This document shows positions 1-8,864 of a stretch of 12,371 nucleotides of DNA, one piece after another (position 1 is the stretch's first letter; every line of letters starts with the position of its first letter). The notes beneath the pieces were generated by a model, which did not search any database, had not been told where the DNA came from, and was given only the letters and a program-made list of their open reading frames with translations. The position numbers and the translations under genes were made by a program. Origin of the DNA: Pseudobacteriovorax sp. (GTDB lineage Bacteria; Bdellovibrionota_B; Oligoflexia; Oligoflexales; Oligoflexaceae); the NCBI GenBank assembly GCA_050293845.1, contig JBNKNM010000170.1:1-12371 (forward strand), in the 5' to 3' direction.

Positions 1-2
1 AA

Positions 3-1202
3 GCTCGTACGGCAGCAACAGTCACATACCTCACTGACGATGCCATTCAATTCATCGAACAAGGAAAGCAGCTATTTGCTTCCATCGTTTGTGCATCGAA
101 ATTTGTTTCTTTAGAACTTCCTGAAGTGGGTGCGACAACCGACTATCTTTCAGCTTTCGCAGCTATTCCTCTTCCCACAGGCACTACCTTTGAACTAGCA
201 TCCATTTCAAAGGAACAAGCCGATGGTCTTGATATCTACACTACAAAACTGGGCGTCAGTTTTACAGTAAATGATAGTAGCCAAAAGCTATATGCTTACT
301 TCCGGCACCAGCCAGCTGCTACCGAAGGTGGTATATCTAAAGGCCATGTGGTTGTCATGCAGGCCGGGATCGACAATAACTTACAATCAGCAAACGCCCT
401 TAGACTTCAGGACCAAAACCCTCCTCCCGGTGACAACCAAGGTGGCGGTGTTAGAACCGGAGTTGTTTCTGTGGCCTATCAAACTGAAGGTGAAGAGCAA
501 AACGTCATTTTAAATCGTGGTAACTGGCAGGAGTTCGATGCCGACACTAGTACCAGTCGTCATCCCGCAAACTTCATCAATGCAGACGGTTCCTTTAATT
601 ACTCTGGAATTGGAGAAATTGCTACAGATAACAGTTTTGCTGATAACTTCGTTAATACCAAGTTTCAATTAGGTTTATCGGAAACAAATCTAGGACAAGG
701 CGTCATCGGCTGGACCGCTAGTTTAAGCGACGGTTTCTGGCGTTCTTTTGCCTATTCTGTGGATACAGATGGAACGACAGAAACGGCAAAATCAACATTT
801 GGTTTTTCTAAAGGTTACGATCAAGGGGATAAAGACGTTACCCTGCCCACAGCTGGAAAGGGAATGTTCTGCTACTGGGCACAAAATTTTGGATCTCCCC
901 TTGCATTACAAGATAATTCTTACCTAGAAAGTTCAGGGCTTTCGGGCCAAGCAACGAACCAGGTCCAATTCCAACAAGCCTCCAGAAGTGATGATGGCTA
1001 CTTTATCCATAATGCAGAAGAGAGTCAGCTAAAATTCAAAGTGACTTCAGACTGTGGCGGTAACAGTGCAGATAATAATCTTGCAGACATAGACTCTTCT
1101 GGAAATATTTCAGGTAAATTCACGGTCCCTACTATCACTGCTTTTGATAGCTTAGGGGGAGTGGACATTGATGCTTCTGAGTTTAATTTGGTAATCGAAT
1201 AA
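3..1202 (+). CDS. Hypothetical protein, 5'-truncated by the window edge; G/S/T/D/N-rich, probably secreted or surface-exposed
   Basis: The frame of the 126..1202 ORF stays open back to base 3 (ARTAATVTYLTDDAIQFIEQGKQLFASIVCASKFVSLELPE-VGATT...), so the GTG at 126 is probably internal. No recognisable family motif. The stop is followed by a strong hairpin. Confidence 0.8.
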   Translation, partial: ARTAATVTYLTDDAIQFIEQGKQLFASIVCASKFVSLELPEVGATTDYLSAFAAIPLPTGTTFELASISKEQADGLDIYTTKLGVSFTVNDSSQKLYAYFRHQPAATEGGISKGHVVVMQAGIDNNLQSANALRLQDQNPPPGDNQGGGVRTGVVSVAYQTEGEEQNVILNRGNWQEFDADTSTSRHPANFINADGSFNYSGIGEIATDNSFADNFVNTKFQLGLSETNLGQGVIGWTASLSDGFWRSFAYSVDTDGTTETAKSTFGFSKGYDQGDKDVTLPTAGKGMFCYWAQNFGSPLALQDNSYLESSGLSGQATNQVQFQQASRSDDGYFIHNAEESQLKFKVTSDCGGNSADNNLADIDSSGNISGKFTVPTITAFDSLGGVDIDASEFNLVIE

Positions 1203-1210
1203 CTACACCC

Positions 1211-1256
1211 CTCCCACCCATCCTCACTGATCGCCGTCAGGATGGGTGGGAGCTTT
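1211..1256 (+). terminator. Hairpin / probable intrinsic terminator of the upstream CDS
   Basis: Perfect 14-bp stem CTCCCACCCATCCT (1211-1224) / AGGATGGGTGGGAG (1239-1252), 8 nt after the stop codon. It is followed by only a short T run (CTTT). Confidence 0.65.
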
Positions 1257-1443
1257 GTGCTCCAGCAAGGGAGCCCTTGCCACATCTAAGCCAGTTAACT
1301 TGACGATAGCCTGTAGAAGTTTAAAAGTAAGAATCATGTCTATGTGACATTATTCCCCACCGATTATTTTCAATTTTCTCTTTAATAAAGAAAACTTATG
1401 AAAAGCAGGAAAGAAAACGGTAAAGATTTCATACAGAACATCC

Positions 1444-1474
1444 GTTATTGATATTGATAATTATTTTCATTATC
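1444..1474. promoter_or_regulatory. Overlapping Fur boxes
   Basis: Against consensus GATAATGATAATCATTATC, 1450-1468 GATATTGATAATTATTTTC matches 16/19, 1456-1474 GATAATTATTTTCATTATC matches 16/19 and 1444-1462 matches 13/19. The sites are offset by 6 nt, as is typical of Fur hexamer arrays, and lie directly upstream of an iron/heme uptake operon. Confidence 0.9.
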
Positions 1475-1481
1475 ATATAAT
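1448..1481 (+). promoter_or_regulatory. Sigma70-type promoter(s) of the heme operon, overlapped by the Fur boxes
   Basis: Two candidates: TTGATA(1454-1459)-N16-TATAAT(1476-1481) and TTGATA(1448-1453)-N17-TATCAT(1471-1476). SD-like GAGGAG at 1493-1498. Confidence 0.7.
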
Positions 1482-1509
1482 CCTCCTGAAATGAGGAGAA
1501 TGAATTTTT

Positions 1510-3357
1510 ATGAAATCTTTGGTGATACCTGCTATTTTATGTCTTCATGACTTGCTTTTAGCTACAGAAAAAATTGAAGTCCTAGGCACTAGGGTCAGCC
1601 AGTTTTCCGAGCAACGTGCTGAGCACCTAGAAATTAGCCAAGAAGATATTGAGAGTAGTGGAACAAGCAACCTAGCTGAAATCCTGGAACTAATTCCTGG
1701 GCTCCGCGTAACACCTGGACTACGGGGGCAAACTCTCACTATCCAGGGCCTTAGTGGAAAATTTGTCAAAATACTGATCAATGGTAGTCCCATCGGCGGA
1801 CGAATTAATGGAAGTTATGACCTAAGTCGCATCAAACTAAATAATGTCAAACGCATTGAAATCATCAAAGGTCCAAGTTCATCGCTCCATGGCTCCCACG
1901 CCATGGGTGGTCTTATCAACATCATTACCGATTGGAATGAGCAATCTTTCATCACAGTAAATGCTAAGAACAGCTCTATAGGTAAAAACAATGTCAGTTC
2001 CAGCTTGCACCAGTCGTTTGACTCATCACAGCTCCACCTTCTAGCTGACTATGCAGACAGCAGTGGTTACACTGTTAAAAGTAACTCCCAAACTTTTAAA
2101 AGCCCCAGGATTTCTGAGTCTGGACTACACCTACAATACGGATTTGACTTCAGCTCTACAAGTACGATTAGTTTTTTAAGCGATTTTCAGTCTCGGGTAT
2201 TTTCCACTACTGATTATTACGCTACAGGAGCCATATTTAACCGTACCAACCGGATTACCCATACTAACGCTCAAATCCAAAGCGATACACAATACTCAAA
2301 CGCTGGTAGCATTAGGGCAAAAGCTGCAATCAACAACTATCGTGACCATTATCGAAATGACCAAAGAGGCAGTAACGCTCTCGATGCCGATGAAGAAACA
2401 AACCAATCTATGCAGACTTACAACGTAGATCTTTTACATCAACTTCAAAGTCACGAAATTGCTGGTGGTATTGAACAGTCCCAGGAAACCTTTGTATCTG
2501 ATCGACTTGCGGAAAATCAGCCTTATGATAGGCATGCTACGGGTGTCTATCTTCAGGATCGCTGGCAGATATCCGATGTTCTTTTCACCTTGGGAGCTAG
2601 GCAGGAGATAGACTCCCAGTTTAACGATCACCTTAGTAAAAAATTTGCTATAAATTATAAAACTCATGATACCGGTAGATTTGTGGCTTCTTATAGCGAG
2701 GGTTTTAGACCCCCTGACTTCAAAGAACTGTATATGAGTTTCATCAATAATTCAGTGGGCTATGAGGTTTCAGGTAACAAGGATCTCAAACCTGAAATAT
2801 CCCAGTATTATGCCATAGAGTATAGAGAGCAAGGTAGCAGTATAAGTTGGAATGTAAGGGCTTTCAAAAACAATATTAAAAACCTCATTTCAACGCATTT
2901 GACGTCTCAAACCATCGAGAGCACAAGAATCCTCTATCAGTATGAAAACATCTATAAATATGAAGTTGTGGGTGGCGCAGTGGAACTGCAATATCTCGAT
3001 TCTCAGTATTTCGGTCTTAAAGTCGGACACGTTTATACTGAAAGTCGCGATCAACAAACAGGATCCTATCTAGCTGATCGTCCCTTAAACTCCACTAAGC
3101 TTAACCTATTGCTAATTGCTACACCCTCGCTACGGATAAACTTAAGCCTCAATCATTATGGTAAAAGAGCCTATTATGAGGAAGAAATGATGGGATGGCT
3201 TGTCCCCTATACGATGGCTAGAATAGCTAGTAATTATGAATATAACGATTCCATGAAATTTCAGCTTGGGCTCAATAATTTATTAAATGAAGGTGATCCT
3301 GTTTATCTTCCTTTAGAACCTTTACATGTATACTTTGGCATTTCTACAAATTATTAA
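1510..3357 (+). CDS. TonB-dependent outer-membrane receptor, probable heme/hemophore receptor (HmuR-like)
   Basis: TonB-box-like EKIEVLGTR after a hydrophobic N-terminus; plug motifs (LAEILELIPGL; VKRIEIIKGPSSSLHGSHAMGGLINIIT); FRPP...NKDLKPE (FRAP/NPNL-like); C-terminal LGLNNLLN...YFGISTNY beta-signal. Heme specificity is inferred from operon context. Confidence 0.93.
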   Translation: MKSLVIPAILCLHDLLLATEKIEVLGTRVSQFSEQRAEHLEISQEDIESSGTSNLAEILELIPGLRVTPGLRGQTLTIQGLSGKFVKILINGSPIGGRINGSYDLSRIKLNNVKRIEIIKGPSSSLHGSHAMGGLINIITDWNEQSFITVNAKNSSIGKNNVSSSLHQSFDSSQLHLLADYADSSGYTVKSNSQTFKSPRISESGLHLQYGFDFSSTSTISFLSDFQSRVFSTTDYYATGAIFNRTNRITHTNAQIQSDTQYSNAGSIRAKAAINNYRDHYRNDQRGSNALDADEETNQSMQTYNVDLLHQLQSHEIAGGIEQSQETFVSDRLAENQPYDRHATGVYLQDRWQISDVLFTLGARQEIDSQFNDHLSKKFAINYKTHDTGRFVASYSEGFRPPDFKELYMSFINNSVGYEVSGNKDLKPEISQYYAIEYREQGSSISWNVRAFKNNIKNLISTHLTSQTIESTRILYQYENIYKYEVVGGAVELQYLDSQYFGLKVGHVYTESRDQQTGSYLADRPLNSTKLNLLLIATPSLRINLSLNHYGKRAYYEEEMMGWLVPYTMARIASNYEYNDSMKFQLGLNNLLNEGDPVYLPLEPLHVYFGISTNY

Positions 3358-3372
3358 CTTAGAGGACTCACA

Positions 3373-3912
3373 ATGAAAAAAATTATTTTAACCATGGCAT
3401 CAATGTCGATACTATCTTGTGGCAGCGATGACGATAATGAACCACAAGAGAATAAATCTTACGTGGTTTCTAAAAATACCATTGTAGTTAATGCTACTTC
3501 CGAAACAGAGTGGACCTATTTAGACTTAGATTCTGATGCCAGTATAGTCGACATTGATAATCCCGACTGGGATTTAGCTTTTCAGCGCTATCGTATCAAA
3601 CTAAACTCCAGCTCCACCCCACCTACAGCAGCAGCTATCATCTTATCGAAGTTGGAAGATGTAAGCGATATACCAAACCAAGATCAGTTCCTAGTAGATC
3701 AAGTTACAGAAAATGCTGAAGAGGGGCTGGTATTCAATGGCACTGATCCTTGGTATGACTATGACGCTAGCAACCACATTCTAAGCCCTAAAGAAAACCG
3801 TAGCTATGTTGTCTATACAACACAGCACAATGTTTTTGGTATTGCTGTTATGGGCTACTATGATGAATTTGGAACCCCGGCGAATGTTAGCTTTATTTAC
3901 AAAAAGCTTTAA
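3373..3912 (+). CDS. hmuY: HmuY-family heme-binding lipoprotein (hemophore-like)
   Basis: Lipoprotein signal ending ILSC-GSDDD; family motifs NATSETEWTYLDL, WDLAFQRYRIKLN, WYDYDASNHILSPK, YYDEFGTPANVSFIY; RBS AGAGGA. Confidence 0.88.
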   Translation: MKKIILTMASMSILSCGSDDDNEPQENKSYVVSKNTIVVNATSETEWTYLDLDSDASIVDIDNPDWDLAFQRYRIKLNSSSTPPTAAAIILSKLEDVSDIPNQDQFLVDQVTENAEEGLVFNGTDPWYDYDASNHILSPKENRSYVVYTTQHNVFGIAVMGYYDEFGTPANVSFIYKKL

Positions 3913-3927
3913 TCCATGGAGCTTCAC

Positions 3928-4770
3928 ATGACAAAATTACTTCTATTATTCTTGATGATTACAAAACCCTTATACGCGCAGTCAAGCCCCCCCCAAATTA
4001 TATCTATTGGAGGATCGATCTCAGAAATCATCTGTGCCCTAGATCATTGCTCAGACATTATCGCTGTCGACGCCACTAGTATATATCCTCCGGAGCTAAG
4101 TAAATTGCCCCAGCTTGGCTACTATCGGCAAGTTAATGCAGAAAATATTTATCGTTTGAAAGGGGATAATATTATTATGCTCGACAGTACAGGACCCGCC
4201 AAAGAAGTTGATAAACTTAAAGAGCTTGGTGCTTCCATTCAAATTATTTCATCGGAACCTAATTTCGCAGGAGCTATTGAACGTATCACTAAAATAGGAG
4301 ACATTTTAGGAGAATCAAAAAAAGCAAAAAAACTTATTCAGCAGTTAAAAAAAGATTTAGCAATGGCCAAAAAATTACGGCAAAACCTTCCTGAAAACAT
4401 CAAAGCATTATTTGTCTATTCTCGTGGAAAAGCCAAGTTTTTAGGAGCAGGTAAAGATACAGCTGCCGCAAGCATGTTTGCTCTTCTTAAAATCACAAAT
4501 GCCTATGATGGCAATGGTTACAAGCAACTATCCAGCGAATCACTGTTGGCTATGAATCCCGATATAATCATTTTTCCACGCAAAGGTAACGATAATTTTC
4601 GCTATGAAGACATGAAAATGAGAATGCCTGGTCTAGCCCTCACAAAAGCCTTTAAGACCAAGAGCTTTATTTTAGTGGATGACCTTAAATTTATGGCCTT
4701 CACTCACAGGTTTGGTCAAGGTGCTCAAGAACTGATCCGTAGCATTCAGGAGCTATCATGGATCAATTAA
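3928..4770 (+). CDS. hmuT: Periplasmic heme-binding protein of ABC transporter (HmuT/ShuT/PhuT family)
   Basis: Signal peptide; IISIGGSISEIICAL, IIAVDATSIYP and LGYYRQVNAE (the Tyr heme-ligand motif of ShuT/PhuT). Start moved from 3916 to 3928 because GGAG (3918-3921) sits at RBS spacing from the second ATG. Confidence 0.88.
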   Translation: MTKLLLLFLMITKPLYAQSSPPQIISIGGSISEIICALDHCSDIIAVDATSIYPPELSKLPQLGYYRQVNAENIYRLKGDNIIMLDSTGPAKEVDKLKELGASIQIISSEPNFAGAIERITKIGDILGESKKAKKLIQQLKKDLAMAKKLRQNLPENIKALFVYSRGKAKFLGAGKDTAAASMFALLKITNAYDGNGYKQLSSESLLAMNPDIIIFPRKGNDNFRYEDMKMRMPGLALTKAFKTKSFILVDDLKFMAFTHRFGQGAQELIRSIQELSWIN

Positions 4771-5777
4771 TGCGTAATCCCAAAACCCTAATAGTTTTCC
4801 TGACTGTTATGGTTTTTTTGCCAACAGCCTGGGTATACCTGTTTAGCAATGCCGATCCTTCGCAAGGACACTGGTCATTTATGGATACAGTTACCACACT
4901 GGATTGGCAGATCATAACCCAGCTGCGACTGCCGCGGTTACTGATGGCTGCTATTAACGGATTAGTTCTAGCAGTTGCCGGAGCCATCACACAAGCCTTA
5001 TTTAAAAATCCTTTAGCGGCACCAAGTTTGATTGGAATTTCATCAGGAGCTTCACTATTCAGTGCTGCCGCTATTTTAGCGACCAGTTCTGTTGCTATTC
5101 CTATGGTTAAGCAATTATCGATTCCATTAGCAGCCTTTTTAGGAGGAACTCTAACCTGTTTTCTAGTTTTTCGCTTGAGTCGACTTAAGGGTAGTAGCAA
5201 CATCACAATACTGATTTTAGCTGGTATTGCCATAAATGCGATAACAGGAGCATTACTAGGGCTGTTGCTTTATCTTGCGGATGATGCATCACTACGCAGC
5301 ATCACCTTCTGGTCTATGGGCAGTATTGGTGCTCAAAAATGGTCTACAGTGATGCTGAACATGGGCATACTAGTGATTGTATTGATTTGTGCTTTGAAGC
5401 TAGCTAAAGCTCTTAATGGCATCGCTTTGGGAGAAGATCTTGCACGCCATGTAGGATACTCAGTGGAAAAAGTTAAAGTATTTAGCATTCTACTGGTAGC
5501 CCTAGGTGTTGGCATCTCTGTATCTTTTTGCGGTCTCATTGGCTTTATTGGCTTAATCATACCTCATATGTCCCGGATGGTTTTTGGTGCCGAAATGAAA
5601 CAAACTATCCTCGGCTGCTGCATTCTAGGTCCCAGCCTGATGATAATAGCAGATTATATTTCAAAATCTATTGTTTTTCCGGCTGAATTACCAATAGGAA
5701 TTGTAAGTTCAGGGATAGGGGGACCATTTTTTATCTACCTTCTCCTGAGACTCAAATACAAAGGATCAACAGTATGA
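4758..5777 (+). CDS. hmuU: Heme ABC transporter permease (FecCD family)
   Basis: LRLPRLLMA, QALFKNPLAAPSLIGISSGA, LGEDLARHVG, GLIGFIGLIIPHMSR, ELPIGIVSSGIGGPFFIYLL; multiple TM segments; RBS AGGAG; overlaps the end of hmuT. Confidence 0.92.
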   Translation: MDQLMRNPKTLIVFLTVMVFLPTAWVYLFSNADPSQGHWSFMDTVTTLDWQIITQLRLPRLLMAAINGLVLAVAGAITQALFKNPLAAPSLIGISSGASLFSAAAILATSSVAIPMVKQLSIPLAAFLGGTLTCFLVFRLSRLKGSSNITILILAGIAINAITGALLGLLLYLADDASLRSITFWSMGSIGAQKWSTVMLNMGILVIVLICALKLAKALNGIALGEDLARHVGYSVEKVKVFSILLVALGVGISVSFCGLIGFIGLIIPHMSRMVFGAEMKQTILGCCILGPSLMIIADYISKSIVFPAELPIGIVSSGIGGPFFIYLLLRLKYKGSTV

Positions 5778-6532
5778 TAACAGCACAGGATATCAGCTTT
5801 TACTATGGCAAAAACCATATCATAAAAAACATATCTCTCAACCTTAACCCAGGTCAATTTACTGCTATCATTGGTCCCAACGGATCAGGTAAAACCACAC
5901 TGATGCGCTTGCTAAATGGGGACTACCGCACCTATTCCGGTCAGATTACTTTTGCAAATAGGCCACTGGAAACCTTTAAACTTTCTGAGCTAGCAAAGCA
6001 GCGTTCTGTGCTAGAGCAACATATATACAGTACATTTCCATTTACAGGTCGCCAGATATTGGATTTGTGTCCCTTTAAAGCCACTGAAATTGATTTTGGA
6101 CTCGTACTTCAAGAATTTACAATCGCCCCACTTTTGACCAAAAAAATCACTAGTATGTCGGGAGGTGAAATTCAAAGATTGCATGCCGCACGTGTATTTC
6201 TGCAAGCTGTGGCTTCAAGAAATCCTCATCACTGCATATTTCTCGATGAACCTACATCAGCGTTAGATATTGGTTTTCAGATTAAAATCATGGGTGCTTT
6301 TAAAAGACTTTGTATCTCTCGAGGGCTAAGTATTTGTGCCATTTTCCATGATCTTAATCTTACCAAGATATTTGCTGATCAGCTGCTCATGCTCAAACGC
6401 GGGGAATCATTTGCTCTTGGTAAACCCCAGAACATTTTAACAGACAGTAATATTAAACATCTCTACGATATTGAACAAAGTCAATATTCGACTAACTATT
6501 TACATAACGATTTAATTTCACATCTAGCTTAG
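5774..6532 (+). CDS. hmuV: Heme ABC transporter ATP-binding subunit
   Basis: Walker A GPNGSGKTT, signature MSGGEIQR, Walker B IFLDEPTSALD, H-loop FHDLNL; ATGA overlap with hmuU (translational coupling). Confidence 0.92.
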   Translation: MITAQDISFYYGKNHIIKNISLNLNPGQFTAIIGPNGSGKTTLMRLLNGDYRTYSGQITFANRPLETFKLSELAKQRSVLEQHIYSTFPFTGRQILDLCPFKATEIDFGLVLQEFTIAPLLTKKITSMSGGEIQRLHAARVFLQAVASRNPHHCIFLDEPTSALDIGFQIKIMGAFKRLCISRGLSICAIFHDLNLTKIFADQLLMLKRGESFALGKPQNILTDSNIKHLYDIEQSQYSTNYLHNDLISHLA

Positions 6533-6541
6533 GAGCTTTCT

Positions 6542-7576
6542 ATGGAAACCTTATCAGTACAATTATTGCAACAAAAGTGGGAAAGCTATCGTCAAGAAAA
6601 TCCAGACTTGCGCATTTACGACGCCTCTAAAAACCTTAAAGTCAGCGAGGAACAGCTCCTAGTGATTGACCCCCATTCCTCCGTAACACCACTCACGAGT
6701 AATTATCCCAAATTATTTGCTGAACTTGATAAATTCGGCAGACTCATGGCTCTCACCCGTAACCAATCTTGTGTCATTGAAACTTATGGCCAATACCATG
6801 ATGTTAGGTTTTTTGGTTCCATGGGTATGGCACTTAATGAGGGAATTGACTTGCGGATGTTTTTAGATAACTGGGGTCATACTTATGCGGTTGAAACTCG
6901 CGCTAAAGGGCGTACCAGAAAAAGTATCCAAATTTTTAGCAAATATGGAGAGGCTATCCATAAGATCTATACGACAGCTCCTCAACAAGACGAAGTATTT
7001 GATCAACTAAAGGATATATTAGCAGATTCAAGAGATATCATGAGCTTAAAGCTATCTCCCAAGGAGCACTCCTCCCAGAAATATCCCTCTGCTGATACTG
7101 CAATCTTAGAAAAGGATTGGGAGGCTTTAAAAGATACCCATGATTTTCACAAAATGCTCAAAAATCATCATATTTCCCGCATCGACGCTATGCACGCCAT
7201 GGAAGGTCTTTTTACACATAAAATAAGCAATGAAAGTATTGAAACCCTGCTGCAAGACCTCACCCGCTCTCCGATAAATTTTATATGCTTTGTCGGTAAC
7301 TCTGAAATGATTCAAATTTTTACGGGGCAGACTAAAACGTTCAAGAAGTTAGGAACATGGCTCAATTTCCTCGATCCTGAATTTAATCTTCACCTGAATC
7401 GTTCGGATATCCATGAATGCTTTGTAGTTAAAAAACCCAGCGTGGATGGAATTATTACTAGTGTTGAGATCTATGATAAACGAGGAGGTCTAATCTGCCA
7501 GTTTTTTGGAGCGCGCAAACCAGGGCAAGGTGAACTGACCCTGTGGCGAGATTTGACGACTAAACTGAAAGTATAG
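6542..7576 (+). CDS. hemS: HemS/ChuS/PhuS-family heme-binding/degrading protein
   Basis: RIYDASKNLKVSEEQL, LMALTRN, IDLRMF (conserved Arg), SIQIF...GEAIHKIY, LKDTHDFH (proximal His region), FVGNSEMIQIFTG, DPEFNLHL, VVKKPSVDGIITSVEIYD, QFFGARKPGQGE; RBS AGGAG. Confidence 0.93.
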   Translation: METLSVQLLQQKWESYRQENPDLRIYDASKNLKVSEEQLLVIDPHSSVTPLTSNYPKLFAELDKFGRLMALTRNQSCVIETYGQYHDVRFFGSMGMALNEGIDLRMFLDNWGHTYAVETRAKGRTRKSIQIFSKYGEAIHKIYTTAPQQDEVFDQLKDILADSRDIMSLKLSPKEHSSQKYPSADTAILEKDWEALKDTHDFHKMLKNHHISRIDAMHAMEGLFTHKISNESIETLLQDLTRSPINFICFVGNSEMIQIFTGQTKTFKKLGTWLNFLDPEFNLHLNRSDIHECFVVKKPSVDGIITSVEIYDKRGGLICQFFGARKPGQGELTLWRDLTTKLKV

Positions 7577-7700
7577 GGCTTGGCTTTCTAGAAGAAGAAT
7601 TTAAAATAAGATTTTCTTTTGTGACGGGCTTATATGATCGAATAGTTCATTGCTCCCAAATTCAACCGATCTTGAAAAAACCTTGCATTTTCTTCTCTTC

Positions 7701-7730
7701 AAAGGTCATCATCTCCAGATGACCTTTTTT
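7701..7730 (+). terminator. Rho-independent terminator of the heme operon
   Basis: Stem AAAGGTCATC (7701-7710) / GATGACCTTT (7718-7727), 7-nt loop, running into a T6 tract. Confidence 0.75.
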
Positions 7731-7851
7731 GCATTTTAGCCAACTTGCATACTGATAATATTGGTCCTAGCATCTAATTGCAGCTGCAGGTAGCCAACCC
7801 CACCTAAATGAAGTTGGCAAGGAATGCAATTCAGACGCTTCGAAGATAACT

Positions 7852-8532
7852 CTATTGAATCCTAGTTATCGAAACTTTTGCGACCTTTGGCCCCCAAGCA
7901 ATAATTTCGGGAGCATCACCCCTTAAGTTCAGCCCTCGGTCGTATGAAATGAATCCCTCTGCATTTTCTGTAGGATGACCACCTGGTCCAAAATCTTCTA
8001 CATTACCGGTATTTTCTTCAGATCCCGCATCAAAGTTTTGAGCGAATAGAGTCATGGTTTGATTGAGACGGCTAAATCTTCTTAAATTCAGATTTCTCAA
8101 CGAAACAAATGAGTCGTTGCTTTTGCCAATCATAGCAAGCAGAGTTAACACGGGGAGTTTGCTCCCACGGGAATAGGGAATACTAAGAGTAGCTGTGCCG
8201 CTATTAGCTGGCAAAATGGGCCCTCCTTCTGCCTTAGCCACAGAAACGATGTTCGCGGTATTGCTTAAAGCTTCTTCAAGAATACTAGTGTTCCCAGTCT
8301 CTGCAATAGCTGCAACTCCTGGACTAGCCTCCATTCCTGGTGTAAACAATGATGTGCTAGGCGCATGGGCTACAACAAGAAAAGGTGATATCGCATTTCC
8401 GGCAGTCACGTTGCTAACAGTAATCTTATACACCAAGGTCGTTTGACTAGGTGTGGCAAAAGTTATGGAAGAAAGTGCAAGGGAGGCTCCCAAAGAAAAT
8501 ACTTTCACAATAGATAAAGTTAATCTTTTCAC
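7852..8532 (-). CDS. Spondin_N domain-containing secreted protein
   Basis: Signal peptide (..SITFA); bacterial spondin-domain motifs YKITVSNVT, ISPFLVVAH, FTPGMEASPGVAAIAETGN, AMIGKSNDSFV, FDAGSEEN; GTG start with AAGGAG RBS. Confidence 0.85.
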   Translation of the reverse strand: MKRLTLSIVKVFSLGASLALSSITFATPSQTTLVYKITVSNVTAGNAISPFLVVAHAPSTSLFTPGMEASPGVAAIAETGNTSILEEALSNTANIVSVAKAEGGPILPANSGTATLSIPYSRGSKLPVLTLLAMIGKSNDSFVSLRNLNLRRFSRLNQTMTLFAQNFDAGSEENTGNVEDFGPGGHPTENAEGFISYDRGLNLRGDAPEIIAWGPKVAKVSITRIQ

Positions 8533-8864
8533 TATGAACTCCTTTTCATATGAAACATTATTACGATTTTTCTATACATTCGCTAAGATCAGATGTTTGT
8601 TACAGATGCTGATAAAAAAATGTACCGTGCTTGTTTGGGTTGAGGAGCTGAAATATACATGTTTTCTGTATACTCCGATCACACTGGATCAAGTAAGGGT
8701 CCTAGCAGACCTATGATAGAGATACTTTACTTTGCTCAGCATAACTATGGTCAAGCCAGAATCACTCTGCGTGAAGACAAGCCAAAGTCAGTCGATTCAG
8801 CAGGGGCGTTACCAAGAATATCCTATTTTTATTTTGTAACCGATCTTTCAGCTTCATTTGGTTC

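Noticed and set aside
1500..1550. Out-of-frame mini-ORF (ATG 1500) as a leader peptide
   Set aside because: The SD ends only 1 nt before this ATG, too close for initiation; ATG 1510 fits better.
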